Shown here: piece after piece, positions 1-12,216 of the stretch
How the letters are laid out: the number at the start of each line of letters is the position of its first letter
Position numbering within the stretch: the stretch's first letter is position 1
Notes under the pieces: generated by a model
Database searches by the model: none
Seen by the model: only the letters and a program-made list of their open reading frames with translations
Told to the model about the DNA's origin: nothing
NCBI GenBank assembly: GCA_002633005.1
Contig: NMRA01000403.1
Location: forward strand, 124,603-188,602
Origin: Phoronis australis
Taxonomy: Eukaryota > Animalia > Phoronida
DNA: 64,000 nucleotides
Direction of reading: 5' to 3'
Translations under genes and position numbers: made by a program

Positions 1-308
1 GGCAAGCTTGCAGCAATGTGTGCGGCTGGGTTGCAGGAACTGTTCCATATAAGGACATAGAGATGTTTGCTGCAAGCTTGCGGCAAACTTCATTTGCATG
101 GTAAAAGTTTGCTGCATGTTTGCGGCAAGCATGCCGCAAGCTTGCGGCAATGTTTGCGGCTGGGTTGCAGGAAATTTGCATCCACTCTTAGGTCAGAGTT
201 GATTCTTCGTGTTTGCGGCTGGTTTGCAGAAACTTTTGCAGCAAGCTTGCCGCAACTTTGCGGCAAGCTTGTGGCAAGTGTTTGCAGGAAGGCTTTTTTT
301 GGTATGGG
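1..308. repeat. Degenerate tandem repeat of GCAAG(C/T)TTGC(C/G) units, probably the subterminal array of a DNA transposon cut by the window edge
   Basis: Many copies of gcaagcttgc / gtttgcggc in 1-290; ORFs over it are repetitive artefacts. Confidence 0.6.
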
Positions 309-507
309 AGGTTCACAAACTTGCCCTAATACAAAACATAGGGATTCACACAAAAACATGAACCAAAATTGCGTGTGCTTTTCAGTATCACAGATATGTT
401 TGTTATTTGGAAAATCTAGTGTCGTATTAGGATTTCTAATGTTTAAAACCAGAAATGGAACAGAAGATTAGCTCATAGTAAAATTGTTTTAATGAGAAAA
501 GCAAATT

Positions 508-2075
508 AAAACGAGAGCACTCGGAGGAGCGACACTTGGCGAAATTATGCGACAACAGGAAGATGGGGAGGAGGACGACGACGATCATGACGATGAAGGC
601 GGAGATTAACAGCGCTATCAGAAAATCTCAAATAATTCAAAAATTAGATGTCCTAGCGAAAAATGAAAAACTTCTTCTGCAAGCCCGTTCCAAACTCTAT
701 CTAAATCGATAGTTTCGCAACATTCCATAATTTTTTTGAAAAAATTGAAATTTTGCATTTTTTTGAAATTCAAAAGCAAATAACTCGAAAACGGTAAGTC
801 TGAGAAAACATTATCGCAGAACTTTTGAAAGAGCATACCTCAAGGAATCCACATGCAAAAATTCATGTCATTTGCTCTTCCCGTTAAAAATGCGACCGCA
901 GAACGATTGAAAACGGGTGAAAATGCGCCAGAGCCGCCATCTTGAAAGTGACTTCCGGTTAAACAAAATTTTATAAAAGCCAATCAATAGCAACAAACAC
1001 TTGACCAGTTTGAAAATGATTGTTTTGCCAATGCGCCCTCTACCGGAAAAAACGTTTACGGACAGTTATCGAGGTGCGCATGCGCCATTGCCGATATTTC
1101 CGCCATCTTTGACCGGAAGTTATTTACGGCGCAGTTGTAGTGCTTGTGAGCTAATAATAATCATACCAATATTCAGCCCTGCACGTCGAAAAATGCGGCC
1201 TCTATGAGCAATGTCTTCAAGGTCTTGTTCAACAGAAGCTAAACCAACATCAGTGCTGCAAGAGCTGTCAACAAAGGAACAGCGCTATCAGAAAATCTCA
1301 AATAATTCAAAAAGTAGACGTCATAGCGAAAAATAGAAAATATCTTCAGAAAGCCCGTCCAAAACTATCTAGATTGATAGTTTCGCGGCATTCCATACAG
1401 TTTTTGAAATAATTGAAATTTTGCGTTTTTTTTAATTCAAAGTCAAATAACTCGAAAACGGTAAGTCTAAGAAAACCGTTATCACAGAACTTTTGAAAGA
1501 GCATACTTCAAGGAATCCACATGCAAAGATTCACATCATTTGCTCTTCCCGTTAAAAAGGCGACAGCAGAACGATTGAAAATGGGTGGAAATGCGCCAGA
1601 GCCGCCATCTTGAAAGTGATTTCCGGTTAAACAAAATTTTATAAAAGCTGATCAGTTGCACGAAACACGTGACCAGTTTGAAAGTGATTGGTTCTCCAAT
1701 GCGCCCTCTACAGGAGAAACCGTTTTTGGCCATATATCGAGGTGCGCATGCACCATTGTCAATATTTCCGCCATCTTTAACCGGAAGTCAACGTTTTTCA
1801 GCACAGTTGTAGCACATATGTTCTATAATAATCGTACTAAGTTTCAGCTCCGTACGTCAAAAAATGCGGCCTCTATGAGCATTTGAATGTAAAATCGGAA
1901 ACAAAATGGCCGTCACGTCCGCCATTCTGAATCCGATCATGACCAAAAACAATGGGCTTGCAGGACTTTCCAATCTACACTCGTGTGCAAATTTCGTGAG
2001 AATCTGACGAAAATTGCAACCTGTAGAGTGCGAACAAAAAAAAACTTGACGACAGAGCAACATACCAAATAACAA
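508..2075 (-). mobile_element. Non-autonomous repeat (HINE-like?) with two ~670 bp tandem units
   Basis: Unit beginning aacagcgctatcagaaaatctcaaa at ~608 recurs at ~1278; the two copies align along their length to ~1210 and ~1880. Family assignment and outer ends are inference. Confidence 0.55.
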
Positions 2076-3634
2076 CTGCCATCAAGGACAAAGCAGTTTT
2101 TGATGGAGACAAGCTTCCGGCAGCTTTGATTAACGTTTTGACATAACAGAAAAGAATACAGCCAAGCAAAAAATGTGACGAAACAGGACTATGGAGGTTC
2201 ACTTCATTAGTTTTAACAAAAACGAAACAAAGCTTTTAGAAATTCATGGATGCCAAATAACTTCATGTGACAATGCATTTGGCACTCTCTTCACAAATTG
2301 GCAAAGATACGAAAAAGTATGCAGCTCTCGACAACACTCAAATTCTTTTACCATTGTACACCAAACAATTAGTTGCGCAAATTTGATCTCATCTGATTTG
2401 ACAGTAACAAAAACAATTTGATGCACCATATCTTAACTTTTGAAGATATTGTGCCCAATCTAAGGCAAGCAGTTCAAATCAATGATAAAATGAATGTAAA
2501 ACAGTAGACAACATCACAGCATTTGAATCAATTTGCACTAAACAGGTCATCAGGGACACTTGAAAAATGTAAATTTAAAAGCTGCGTTATGAAGTAGTGG
2601 GCATGGTGTGGCATGATGGTCAAATTCACATTGGATGTGATCACACACCAAGTCACGAGGTTTTTTATTGTTGACCTAATTTTCAAATTTGCTTAATTAA
2701 ACTTTGCCTTTGCAAAGGATAGGGTGCCTAACATCACTGCATTTATACCTTTGTCACTGAGAATCAATGGACCTGCAAAAAATGCATCCAAAGTTTGTGT
2801 TCACAAGAGAGACAATAATAATACACTGATGAATTACACAAGATAAGGAAATAAAAGCATGCACTAATATTTTAGTGAGGCAAATTTGGTTGTCAAGTGA
2901 TGGTTACAGTCTAGCATACCCAGCTGAAGACATTATCCTATCTATCAAGCCTATAAGGCTGTTCTGATGGTTCATACAAAAGGGTGACTGTCAAATTTTG
3001 TGATTTCCTAATGTTTGACCACATGAGGCATATTTTTGACTACTGTCATTTTCCACCCATGAAAAGAATATTTTCTGAATTCTCGAAGCCTTTTGTCTTA
3101 CCATGAGTTTTTTGAATTGCAGGCATAAAGACATAAATTTTGTGCTTGAACTACTTTCTAAAGTCCATACACAGAGGCTGATCCAGAATTATACGTTGGG
3201 GGTGTGTCCACAATACATTACTGATCTGTAGACACTATAGACAACCCTTCCACAGGGAGTTTGATGAAAATGGAGCCCTTTCATAGGAGAAGGGGGTCCA
3301 GAATGAAGTCCAGCGAATCCAGACCCCCTCCCTCCTGATCAGTCACTCATCACAAAATACTTTGGATGAATCGCAACTAAGCACCCCCATGTTGGTGCAC
3401 TTATCAGACAGTCCCTGGGCAAAGAAGTTCCCTCACTGTGGCTTGAATCTGAACATGAAAGACTCCTCTATTAGAGCGGGGGAAATTCCAGATTCCACCA
3501 CTGCTGGCTTAAACCACAAAATGTTGAAGCACAATTTTTTAATCTTTCATGAACCAACACATCACTGATAAGCTATGTAGTCTAACAGCAAATGCCATAA
3601 GTTTATGATGTAACTGCCAGGTGATATGCCTTAC

Positions 3635-3794
3635 CAATGCGTTCAATTTGTTGTTGCATCATTAACGAATTCCTGTAAGCTCGGCTCCGGCTATGGTGAA
3701 CTCTATACAGTCCGTAGATCAGAAAGCATGCAGCCAAAACCGATAGTACAGCCAGTCGTTTGATGTGGACTGAGCGAAGACTCATAACTTTCAT
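3635..3794 (-). CDS. First coding exon of an unidentified type II membrane / signal-anchor protein (glycosyl- or sulfotransferase-like N-terminus)
   Basis: MKVMSLRSVHIKRLAVLSVLAACFLIYGLYRVHH...: basic short N-tail, hydrophobic helix, stem; ends at a good donor ATTG|GTAAGG (phase 1); CpG-richer region with CGGAAG motifs upstream at ~3950-4250. Confidence 0.55.
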
Positions 3795-4328
3795 AGCGAA
3801 TCCTGATTCCCGGGCGGAGATAAGACGAAAATAGAACAGCGAGGCTGGTGAATTTTTGGAGTTTGGACCAGAGACAGTGTTTGTTTTATAAAGTCTCAAA
3901 TCAGGTCAGTACCTATGAGCCAGCTTCGCTGGTCCAGTTCCTGTCTTGTTAGAAACCGAACAAAACCAAAGACCAGTGGTAGACCTAAACGATGCTGCTC
4001 AGCCACCGCTTCCCAGATCCCGGAGAAGACATCAAATGGCGTAGATAACTTCGACAGATTAACGCATGTTCTCCACTCTAACTACCGTAGAACTGAACAT
4101 GTACAATCATATGAGAATCAAAGTGTCGAAACTGATTCTCCGTTTGCAACGAACCGGTCAACAAGTAGAACACTTGTCAATGCTGTGCTGCCACCTGTCG
4201 GAAGAAATCTTCCGTTGATAGCTTTATTTTCCACAGATTACATAAAGCGGAAATCATTAGCCATGGTAATGCTGGACTTAGAAATAAAATAAAATACAAA
4301 CATGAAAACGAGAAGATAATTACAGAAG

Positions 4329-4467
4329 CAGTGGCGGATTTAGACGGGGGCCCCTAAAATTCTCTCAGATTCCATTTGACAGTTCGCCGGGGTGCGAATG
4401 TCTGACGGGCAAACCCATACTCTGCCCTGTCCTCTGCCCCTGACTAAAAATCTTGGATCCGCCCCTG
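4329..4467. mobile_element. MITE with CAGTGGCGGAT...ATCCGCCCCTG termini, 5 bp TSD (hAT5-like)
   Basis: TIRs visible; TSD agaag on both sides. Confidence 0.7.
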
Positions 4468-5920
4468 AGAAGCTACAGAAATAAGATTACAGGATAATAT
4501 ATATAGAGAAGCTAGTTGCAGATCTTTTGACACATCTTAATTAGCAGACCAGCCTCAGTAATTAGTGCAGACCAGCCTCAACATTTAGCGAGTTTGCACT
4601 CTTTGGCTGCTTACCAAGGCTTTCGCAATCCTTCTGCTATGATTGTTGACGTATAAATTGCCTGCTAGAAATCGCTATAATGTGTAAGTTCAATAGTCTT
4701 TCTATTCGAAAAACACCAAGAGAAGGCTTTGCTCACAATGAACTTCAACATCATAGGTCTATGCTGCTCGGAAGGCAGATCCTCTTGAATCCTAAGCACG
4801 CCTGCCACTGAGCGGTACGTGCACCGAAGAAGGTATCACCTACCCATTTCATTTTCTTTTTTTCTTCTTTTTTTTTGATGCATACTAAATGGATCCGGCT
4901 CATTCGCCAGCATAATCAAGACTGAGGCTTTCTCTAATTTCGCCGTATGAGTCACGTAAAATTAAAATGCAACTACTTCATGTCTTGGCGTTTGTCAGTT
5001 CTAACGTTTCCCTCGTTAGGCGGATTGGAAGGCAGGGTGCCCGTCCCGCGCTGCCCACGCTTTTTCAGAAACGACTAAAACGCCCTCGGCATGTTCAAGT
5101 TGTTTTTGGAGACACAGTTTGGTCATGGGAATGCAACTAAGTAAACCTACATGTCTTTGAGTGTGAAAATCCATTCAGGCATGTATTCTAGTACACATTT
5201 TGGCGCAAGTGGACCCAGGAAAATTGCCCTCTCTAATCAGTCGTTTATTCGTACTCGAGGCCATCGCCCCACACCGACACCGACTGGGTCCATCTGGCAG
5301 CATAAAAATGTGAAGCTCCGGCACTAGGCATAACGTGCATAAACTTCACTTCACCAATCACCCTTTTTATGTTTTGTCCGAGTATTAAAAAATCATTCAA
5401 ATTCAATTTAATTTCATCCTCTAAGTTTTAACGAAAAGTTTCGTTAGACCTAAAATCAACAGTTACTTGGGGGTAGGCTCAATAAGAATTAGGAAAAGAA
5501 ATTCTTTTCCAGCTTAAATCCCGAGATGTTACTGAAGTCATACATGTATAGTGTCGACATTTTTTGTCAAGGAACGGTGTCTAGAATAATGAAAGTTGCT
5601 GGTGTTCCTACATATTTTAGCATTGTAAAACAATAATTAAATACAATGTGATTTTCTTCGTTTAGCATCAGTTTGTCAATGTCAACGTTCACTGTAATCT
5701 TCTACCCCATCCATCTCTAAAATTGGCCTTAACGCAATTTGCCAACTCAAGCCATTTGGGTAAACGATATTTTAATAACTGGTGCAGATATTGACGTAGT
5801 ACTTAATTTGGCAAATTTGAAGACTAAAACAAGCTGGAAGGAGTCAGTCATGACTTGCAGTCTTATTTATGTTGTGGGCGGCGACTTACGACCACTTTTA
5901 AGTGTTAAAACACTTATTTT

Positions 5921-6518
5921 AAGGCCCTGTCACATCATTACGGGCAGGCCTTGCGTGCTTACATAGTGCGGTCATGGAATTAGCAACATGCAGGAAAATT
6001 TCTACGAGCACAACGCGGAGAGTTGCGTGAGTTTCGCGTGGATCTTGCCTGGTAGACGCATGGAATGTGCATGATTTTTGTGTGTGACTCGTGTGCCAAG
6101 CGCGTGGATGTGGCGCGAGAGCACCGAGACAGCTGCGTGTGTTCACTGGCTGGGGGCCACGCGTGCACTGTAGGCTTCCTGTGCCGCCAGCTGCGTGGAC
6201 TCGCCGCGAAACGTTCGCTCCATGCTCGCAAGATGCCCGCAGCTGACACGCGCTGGCGCAACAAGTCCAAGGAAACTGCCAGGGACTTGCGGCGTTACGA
6301 GACACCTGCATGGACTTCAAGGGCAAACTCACGCAGCTTATGAGCCATTCTCAATGAATCGCGACAATTCGACTCCTGAGACACTCGATTTTTAATACAA
6401 TATAAATACCGAGCAAGTTTTGAGCATGTAAATGCCAAACAAACTTGTGGATATGTTTGGACTGAAGCATTTTGGAAGCCGAGACTTCTTTGGAGATGGC
6501 TATTGTAATGTGACCTCC
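5921..6518. mobile_element. GC-rich MITE-like element, possibly PIF/Harbinger
   Basis: taaggccctgtcacatcattac at left and gtaatgtgacc at right form imperfect TIRs; CpG-rich interior with no credible ORF. Confidence 0.35.
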
Positions 6519-6706
6519 TACTAGATTAAAATAAGTTCTGGATCCAGCTTGAAAGAATTTGTGTCATTGATCCGAGGACTTTGGCGAACTTAGAAAATCT
6601 CATTTATCAAAAACGTTGCCGCTCCGGTACAACTCCTCAATTAGGATTAGCAAAAAGACAGTATATTTAATGTAGTGAATGACAGAGAAGTAAGATTTTA
6701 TGATAT

Positions 6707-7021
6707 CAGTGCGGGCAGATTTAGGGGGGAGGCCAAGGGGACTATGCCTCCCCCCCTAAAATTCTACCAGATACCATATGGCAGTTCGGGTGCGAATTGG
6801 TGACTAGCACATGCGCGTAACCAAGGGGCTCGGGACTGAATAAACGAGAATAAACAATGCATAGTCCCTGAACAAACCCCGTTTACCGTTTTTTTTTGGT
6901 CAAAAGGTTCGCAAACTCAAAAATTTGAGACCCCTACATTTTAAGCTGGGCACGCGCATCTGCCGAAATTCTGGTTATTCCTGTGCCTACCCTCAACTCA
7001 AAATCCTGGATCCGCCCCCAG
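6707..7021. mobile_element. hAT5-like MITE with a nested second MITE (~6808-6962)
   Basis: Same terminal motifs as 4329; TSD gatat; inner catgcgcg...cacgcgcatctg element resembles 7940-8152. Confidence 0.6.
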
Positions 7022-7326
7022 GATATAAAATGGATAATGATGGAAAATTTTCCAGATTATGACGCGTTTTGTATAAAGTTTTCATTTAGACCTTTGATCA
7101 CTACATTTTATGTGCTTAGGAGAGCAATATTGTATGTCTGGATCGGACTGAGATAGAAATTCAAATACTAGAGTTGTGCTAGTCGTCTACCACATTATCC
7201 GGAAGTGCTAAATCAGATAACAAAAATAGAAAGGTATAGATCGATGTATGATCGTAATATGACGAGAAAACCGATCTCACAGGACAAATGGATTTCTGAG
7301 ATGAGTTATGAACTGTGTTTGAAAAC

Positions 7327-7641
7327 CATAGGCGGATTTAGGGGGGAGTGTGCTGTCCCTCCCCCCTTGGCTGCCGCAAGCAAAATGAAACAGCAACAGC
7401 GTGAAGCGTGAGGAAATATTGAGTTCAGCAACTAGGACCAGTAGCGCCGGATGGGGGGCTCAGACCCCAGACCGCGCGGCGGAATCGTGTTCCCGTGTTT
7501 TTTAATCCACCGATAGGTTTTTTAATTTAAACAGAAAGTCCACACCTCCAGCCCCCGCAAATTTCGGGCCGCGACCTGTGCACATACAATCGCGCTTTGC
7601 CCATGTTGGGCCTCCCTTATGGTATCCTAGATCCGCCACTG
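7327..7641. mobile_element. hAT5-like MITE
   Basis: cataggcggatttag...ctagatccgccactg; TSD aaaac. Confidence 0.7.
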
Positions 7642-7669
7642 AAAACAGTGCACTTAAATGTTTTTAATT

Positions 7670-7842
7670 TTTTGTATGTTAAATTGAAGTGGTTCCAGTA
7701 TCGACTAGTTCACAGAATATTATGTACAGATTCATATCTTTATAAAATAGGCGTCTCGGAGTCTTCTGCTTGTACATTTTGTCATCAAGCCTCAAAAACT
7801 TTGATACACATGTTTGTACATTGTAACTACGTAGCACTTTGA
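7670..7842 (+). mobile_element. L1/Tx1-type LINE ORF2 C-terminal fragment (zf-RVT)
   Basis: KLKWFQYRLVHRILCTDSYLYKIG...CTFC....TLIHMFVHC matches the zf-RVT CxxC...H...C pattern. Confidence 0.8.
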
Positions 7843-8841
7843 CATTTCTGGTCTAAAAAACAGGCCGTTCCTTTGAACTTTCAACTGTTACCAGTCTGTG
7901 GGGTCTGAAATTTTTAACTATTTTGATACAAACAAGAAGCATGCGTGAACACAAGGGGGGGGCCCGCGGGGCTCGAATGAGCCCTCCATTTGGCGAAGTG
8001 GGCAAAAAAGGTCCACGTCAGAGAAACGAAATCTCCGAAAAAAGTAGGAAACGAGACAAAGGTCCACTAAAAAGGCAGGAACTACCAAAATCCGGCGACT
8101 GCACAATCCATAGCTCTAAACGTACCACATTTTTAGGCTGGGTACGCACGTGAAGCTAAGCGAAATATTATCTTTATTAATTGTAGTTAGCTTTTCTCTC
8201 TTTGCTCAAATCCATGTCCTTTCCAGATAATTGGATTTGAAGCCCTTGCTGTCAACCGTTGTGGGCCATCAGAATACGCTCGCTGGATCTTTATACTTGG
8301 TGCTGTTGGTTACAGACCAATTAAATACAACGCTTCGAGATGGAAAATAGCATATCTAATTAATTTACTTTACCAATAGTCATTTTTGCTTACCTAACAT
8401 AATTACATTTTTCATAAGGAGCAAAAAAATTCAACATCGTGTCCACCATTCTGAAGCTTGGTCAACAAGGTTGCTCTGAGAATGTGAGGCAATTCGCTTG
8501 AAATGAAAGTGCTTAACGAGTAATGGGTGGGGCAAAAAGCACTGTTCTGCCACTTTATGCTTTTTTGGGAAAATCATATTTTATACGTTTCCATATTTTT
8601 AGGTGCTCCATACTTTTTTGTACATTTTTGTTGCTGTCCAAGTCGCCAGTCGCCAGTCATTAACATTGGTGATTAACAGAGTCCCTGTAGTGGGTTTTCA
8701 AAAATATCTATAGCCTAGGTTCAGTCAGTCCTGAAGAGCGCCTGTTTCTGTTAGGGTATTAACTAATGCCCTGGGTCAAGAACAGCCTGGAATGTTGTAA
8801 TGGTGACAGTCAATGCAGCGAAATTTTCAAGCTGGTTACAT

Positions 8842-9239
8842 CATAGACTATAGTACATTGACCGCCAACTCAGTATATTTTCAATGGACGAAACTGTGAT
8901 CTTACTCATAAGCCGTGACGTCTTTATTCACTAGCGACACCTGGCAAAGTTTTTCAGTCTTCTGTTAAGTACGTCGTCTGCTAATCATAGTCAGCTGTTC
9001 AGTGGTTCGGAGTCAAAAGTACTCACGATACCAACAGTTCTATTATTGGAAGACTTTGGACAGCGATTCAATGCCGAAATTATTATTTTTTTTGTACAGG
9101 ACAGTAAAATAGATACGAGAATTTCCCTTCACAATACACTAACCGGAAACTGAAATTGGTAATTTATGAGAGTGGCGCCTCCTCTAGGATAGTACGCAAG
9201 AAAATGTTGGAGTTGCGAATCTATTGTCTTTTATCTATG
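8842..9239 (+). mobile_element. Non-autonomous P-superfamily-like DNA transposon, internal deletion derivative of the 60572-63652 family
   Basis: Termini CATAGA...TCTATG, perfect 7 bp TSD gttacat; both ends align with the reverse complement of the ends of 60572-63652. Confidence 0.75.
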
Positions 9240-11789
9240 GTTACATGACAGACCTTGGCACTTGGGTCACGACAACCAACATGTATTAAACCAGTGCAGA
9301 ACGGAGAACATGTACTGGGTTGGATGTTGAATTCTAGTAGTTTTTATTTTGCTTTTGTATTTTTTCTCTGTCTTTGCATTTTTGTGTGTGTGTTTTGTTT
9401 TGTGCGTTTATCTCTGTAAAAAGGGGCAGAAGGCCTAATTACACTGAACAAATTACTGTACTCATACGTTTTTTAACCTGGGTAGGATAACGTCCTACGT
9501 AAAATCTCCAAACCATGGGGTTTCAGAAGCTTGTTGAACATCATTTTGGGGGGCTGGGTGGCGAGGCCTATAGGTCTACTTTCAGCAGTGTATCATTAAT
9601 TAAATAACCATTTGATCCAACGGTCGGAGCAGGCCTCCAATACCTGATTAGTAGCCAATTTTCCACGTAGTTGTATATGCAAGTCGTAATTTAACATGAC
9701 AGAATGCAAGGCTCTGTTGTGCGTGAACAAAATGAGTTAACACAAAATGATTATGACCCTGCAAGCACTATACTGGTACAATTCAACGGGATGCTAATTC
9801 CAGTTGAATTTTTAAACTTCTTAGTCCATTTTCGCAAGAAATGTATCGGCCTACATTTAAATATGGCCTCAGCGTACCTTGACTGCCGGGCAACAAATGC
9901 ACCAGTTGTCAGACATGTTATTTGCACAAATTTCCATATTAGATTCCAACCTTCAAGAACAACGCCCACGGGCGAAATTCATAGTTCAACTACGTCGTTG
10001 TCAATGTACCTTCTGTCAAAAAGTATTCTTTTCGCTTATCGGTGTATAACTGGTCTTAAAGACTCTGCTTGGTGCGCCAGGCGAACACGGAAGCGACTTA
10101 ACTGCCAATTTTTGCCAAACAAGAAATCACTTCGAAACAGAATTCGCAATCGTTTTTATTTGGCATCTGCAAACAATCTAAATCAAGAGTTAGTCTGCGT
10201 ATTCAAGCGGGTAGTAAATCACCATGACTAACCAAGTACGACCAGAAATATTTAGGAATGAAAATTAACAACAGTATGCGTGATCGATTTAAATTTCCTT
10301 GCACGCCGTCACGACAAGGGAAAAACATGACCCAAAAGGCTTGCGCATTAGATACTGGACCTAGCAAAAGAAACTTACTAGGAACGTTGCTTGGAGCCGA
10401 CGTCGTTGTCAGGTTTGAGAAGGCAGCGCAACTGGCGGTAGATAGCAGCACTGTAAAATAACGCTAGCCTTATTAGTCAATTGCATGTTTGTGGCACTAT
10501 GGTGACACTATACTCATCTGTTATTAGGAGCTTTACTCACGAAAAGGAGGAGCGAAATCGGAGGGAAGGTGGTGAACAGGAAGTCGGGGGTTATTCCCCA
10601 ACGCCAACATTCAGGCAAAGCTATATCATATGGCGCTCCCCGAGCTCTAGTCTACAGGACACGCCTAAGGGCTTTACACATTTAAAAAGCCTTTATGCAC
10701 CCCGATTTTATGAGAATAAGGACTAATTCGATGTTTAGTTTTTTTAGCCAACTAAACATTGCGAAATGCAGCTTTACCCACGGAAGATCACCTCATAGTT
10801 ACGATCTGATAATATAATAACTGACACTAGTCCAATGACGATTGCTGTGCAAAACTGAAAATGCTGCCGTTGCAGCCGGAAAGTCGATTTAACTTACGTA
10901 TGAACGCTGGTAACGTCACAATCATTTTCCTGCACCAAGGCGAATTAAGTGGAATCAGTCGTTGCTTCACTATCAATACGACCTTTGTTGCAAAGATTAA
11001 ACTTCTATTTCGTGAATTATCTAATCTTCAAAGTTCCGTCAACTTGAAGAAACGCAGATGCGCGTAGTCGGTGATCGTAACATGGGTGGCGCACCATAGG
11101 GCGCTGGAGGGGCGGTAGCCCCCTACTTTTTCAGTGCTACGCTGCACATGGTCTATAGGCGATGCACCACAGGGGCCTCAGTGAGGGGGCTTTAGCCTCC
11201 CACATTTTCAGGGCTCAGTGCGCCGCCCATGAATTTGCACATGTAATCATTTCGTGGATAAAGAAACTATAAACCCCGGTCGATGCTTGAGGTCAATAAA
11301 AACTTACACTGTTCGTTACCCAGAGCTTGCTCTCTACAATGAGATACCATGCTATTCTAAATACGGTTACCGCACCGCAGAAATATTCCGCATTCCATAG
11401 TATTTTACAATTAAATTTGCAACTAAGCAACGAAATGTCAGGAGGGGGGCAGTTTAACTTTTGTTCTCACTTTTTAGAAAAAGGTCCCACTGTAAACTTA
11501 TCACTTCGTTAAACCTTCCATCACGGTAACAAGCAAAGTTTGCATACCAGCATTTTTCCGGATACTATCAAGATGAAACCCGTTTTTAAACAAACGATTT
11601 GGATCCAAGACACCCTATTTCTTTACTTCTCATTATGATCATATTTATCGGAACATTATCTATAAGCAACTTTTCAAATTTCCTGAATGAAAATGATATT
11701 TTGATAAACATCAATAAATATAGATTCAGAAACTTTCACTCTAAAAAACTTGTATTTTTAATAGTTATCTCTAAAACCCTCGTACCCCA

Positions 11790-12216
11790 CAGTGGCGGAT
11801 CTAGGATACCATAAGGAGGGGGGTGGGCCAACATGTCACTTGTCTCGGGGAAATGGGCAAATGGGCAAGGCGCGATTGTACGTGCGCAGGCGGCCCAAAG
11901 GTCGCGGGGACCGGGAATGTGAACCTTTTGTTCGGAAATGTATCGCGTGGATTAAAAAAAAGAAAAAAAATCCCGCCGCGATCTGGGGTCTGAGCCCNNN
12001 NNNNNNNNNNNNNNNNNNNNNNNNNNNNNNNNNNNNNNNNNNNNNNNNNNNNNNNNNNNNNNNNNNNNNNNNNNNNNNNNNNNNNNNNNNNNNNNNNNNN
12101 NNNNNNNNNNNNNNNNNNNNNNNNNNNNNNNNNNNNNNNNNNNNNNNNNNNNNNNNNNNNNNNNNNNNNNNNNNNNNNNNNNGGGGGGGGGGGTCGCCCC
12201 CCCAAATCCGCCCATG
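11790..12216. mobile_element. hAT5-like MITE inserted into the LINE relic (spans an assembly gap)
   Basis: cagtggcggatctagg...aaatccgcccatg; TSD cccca. Confidence 0.65.
11998..12182. other. Assembly gap (N run)
   Basis: Run of n. Confidence 0.99.

Noticed and set aside
9704-10461. 175 aa and neighbouring ORFs
   Set aside because: No recognisable domain or splice context; may be decayed transposon coding sequence
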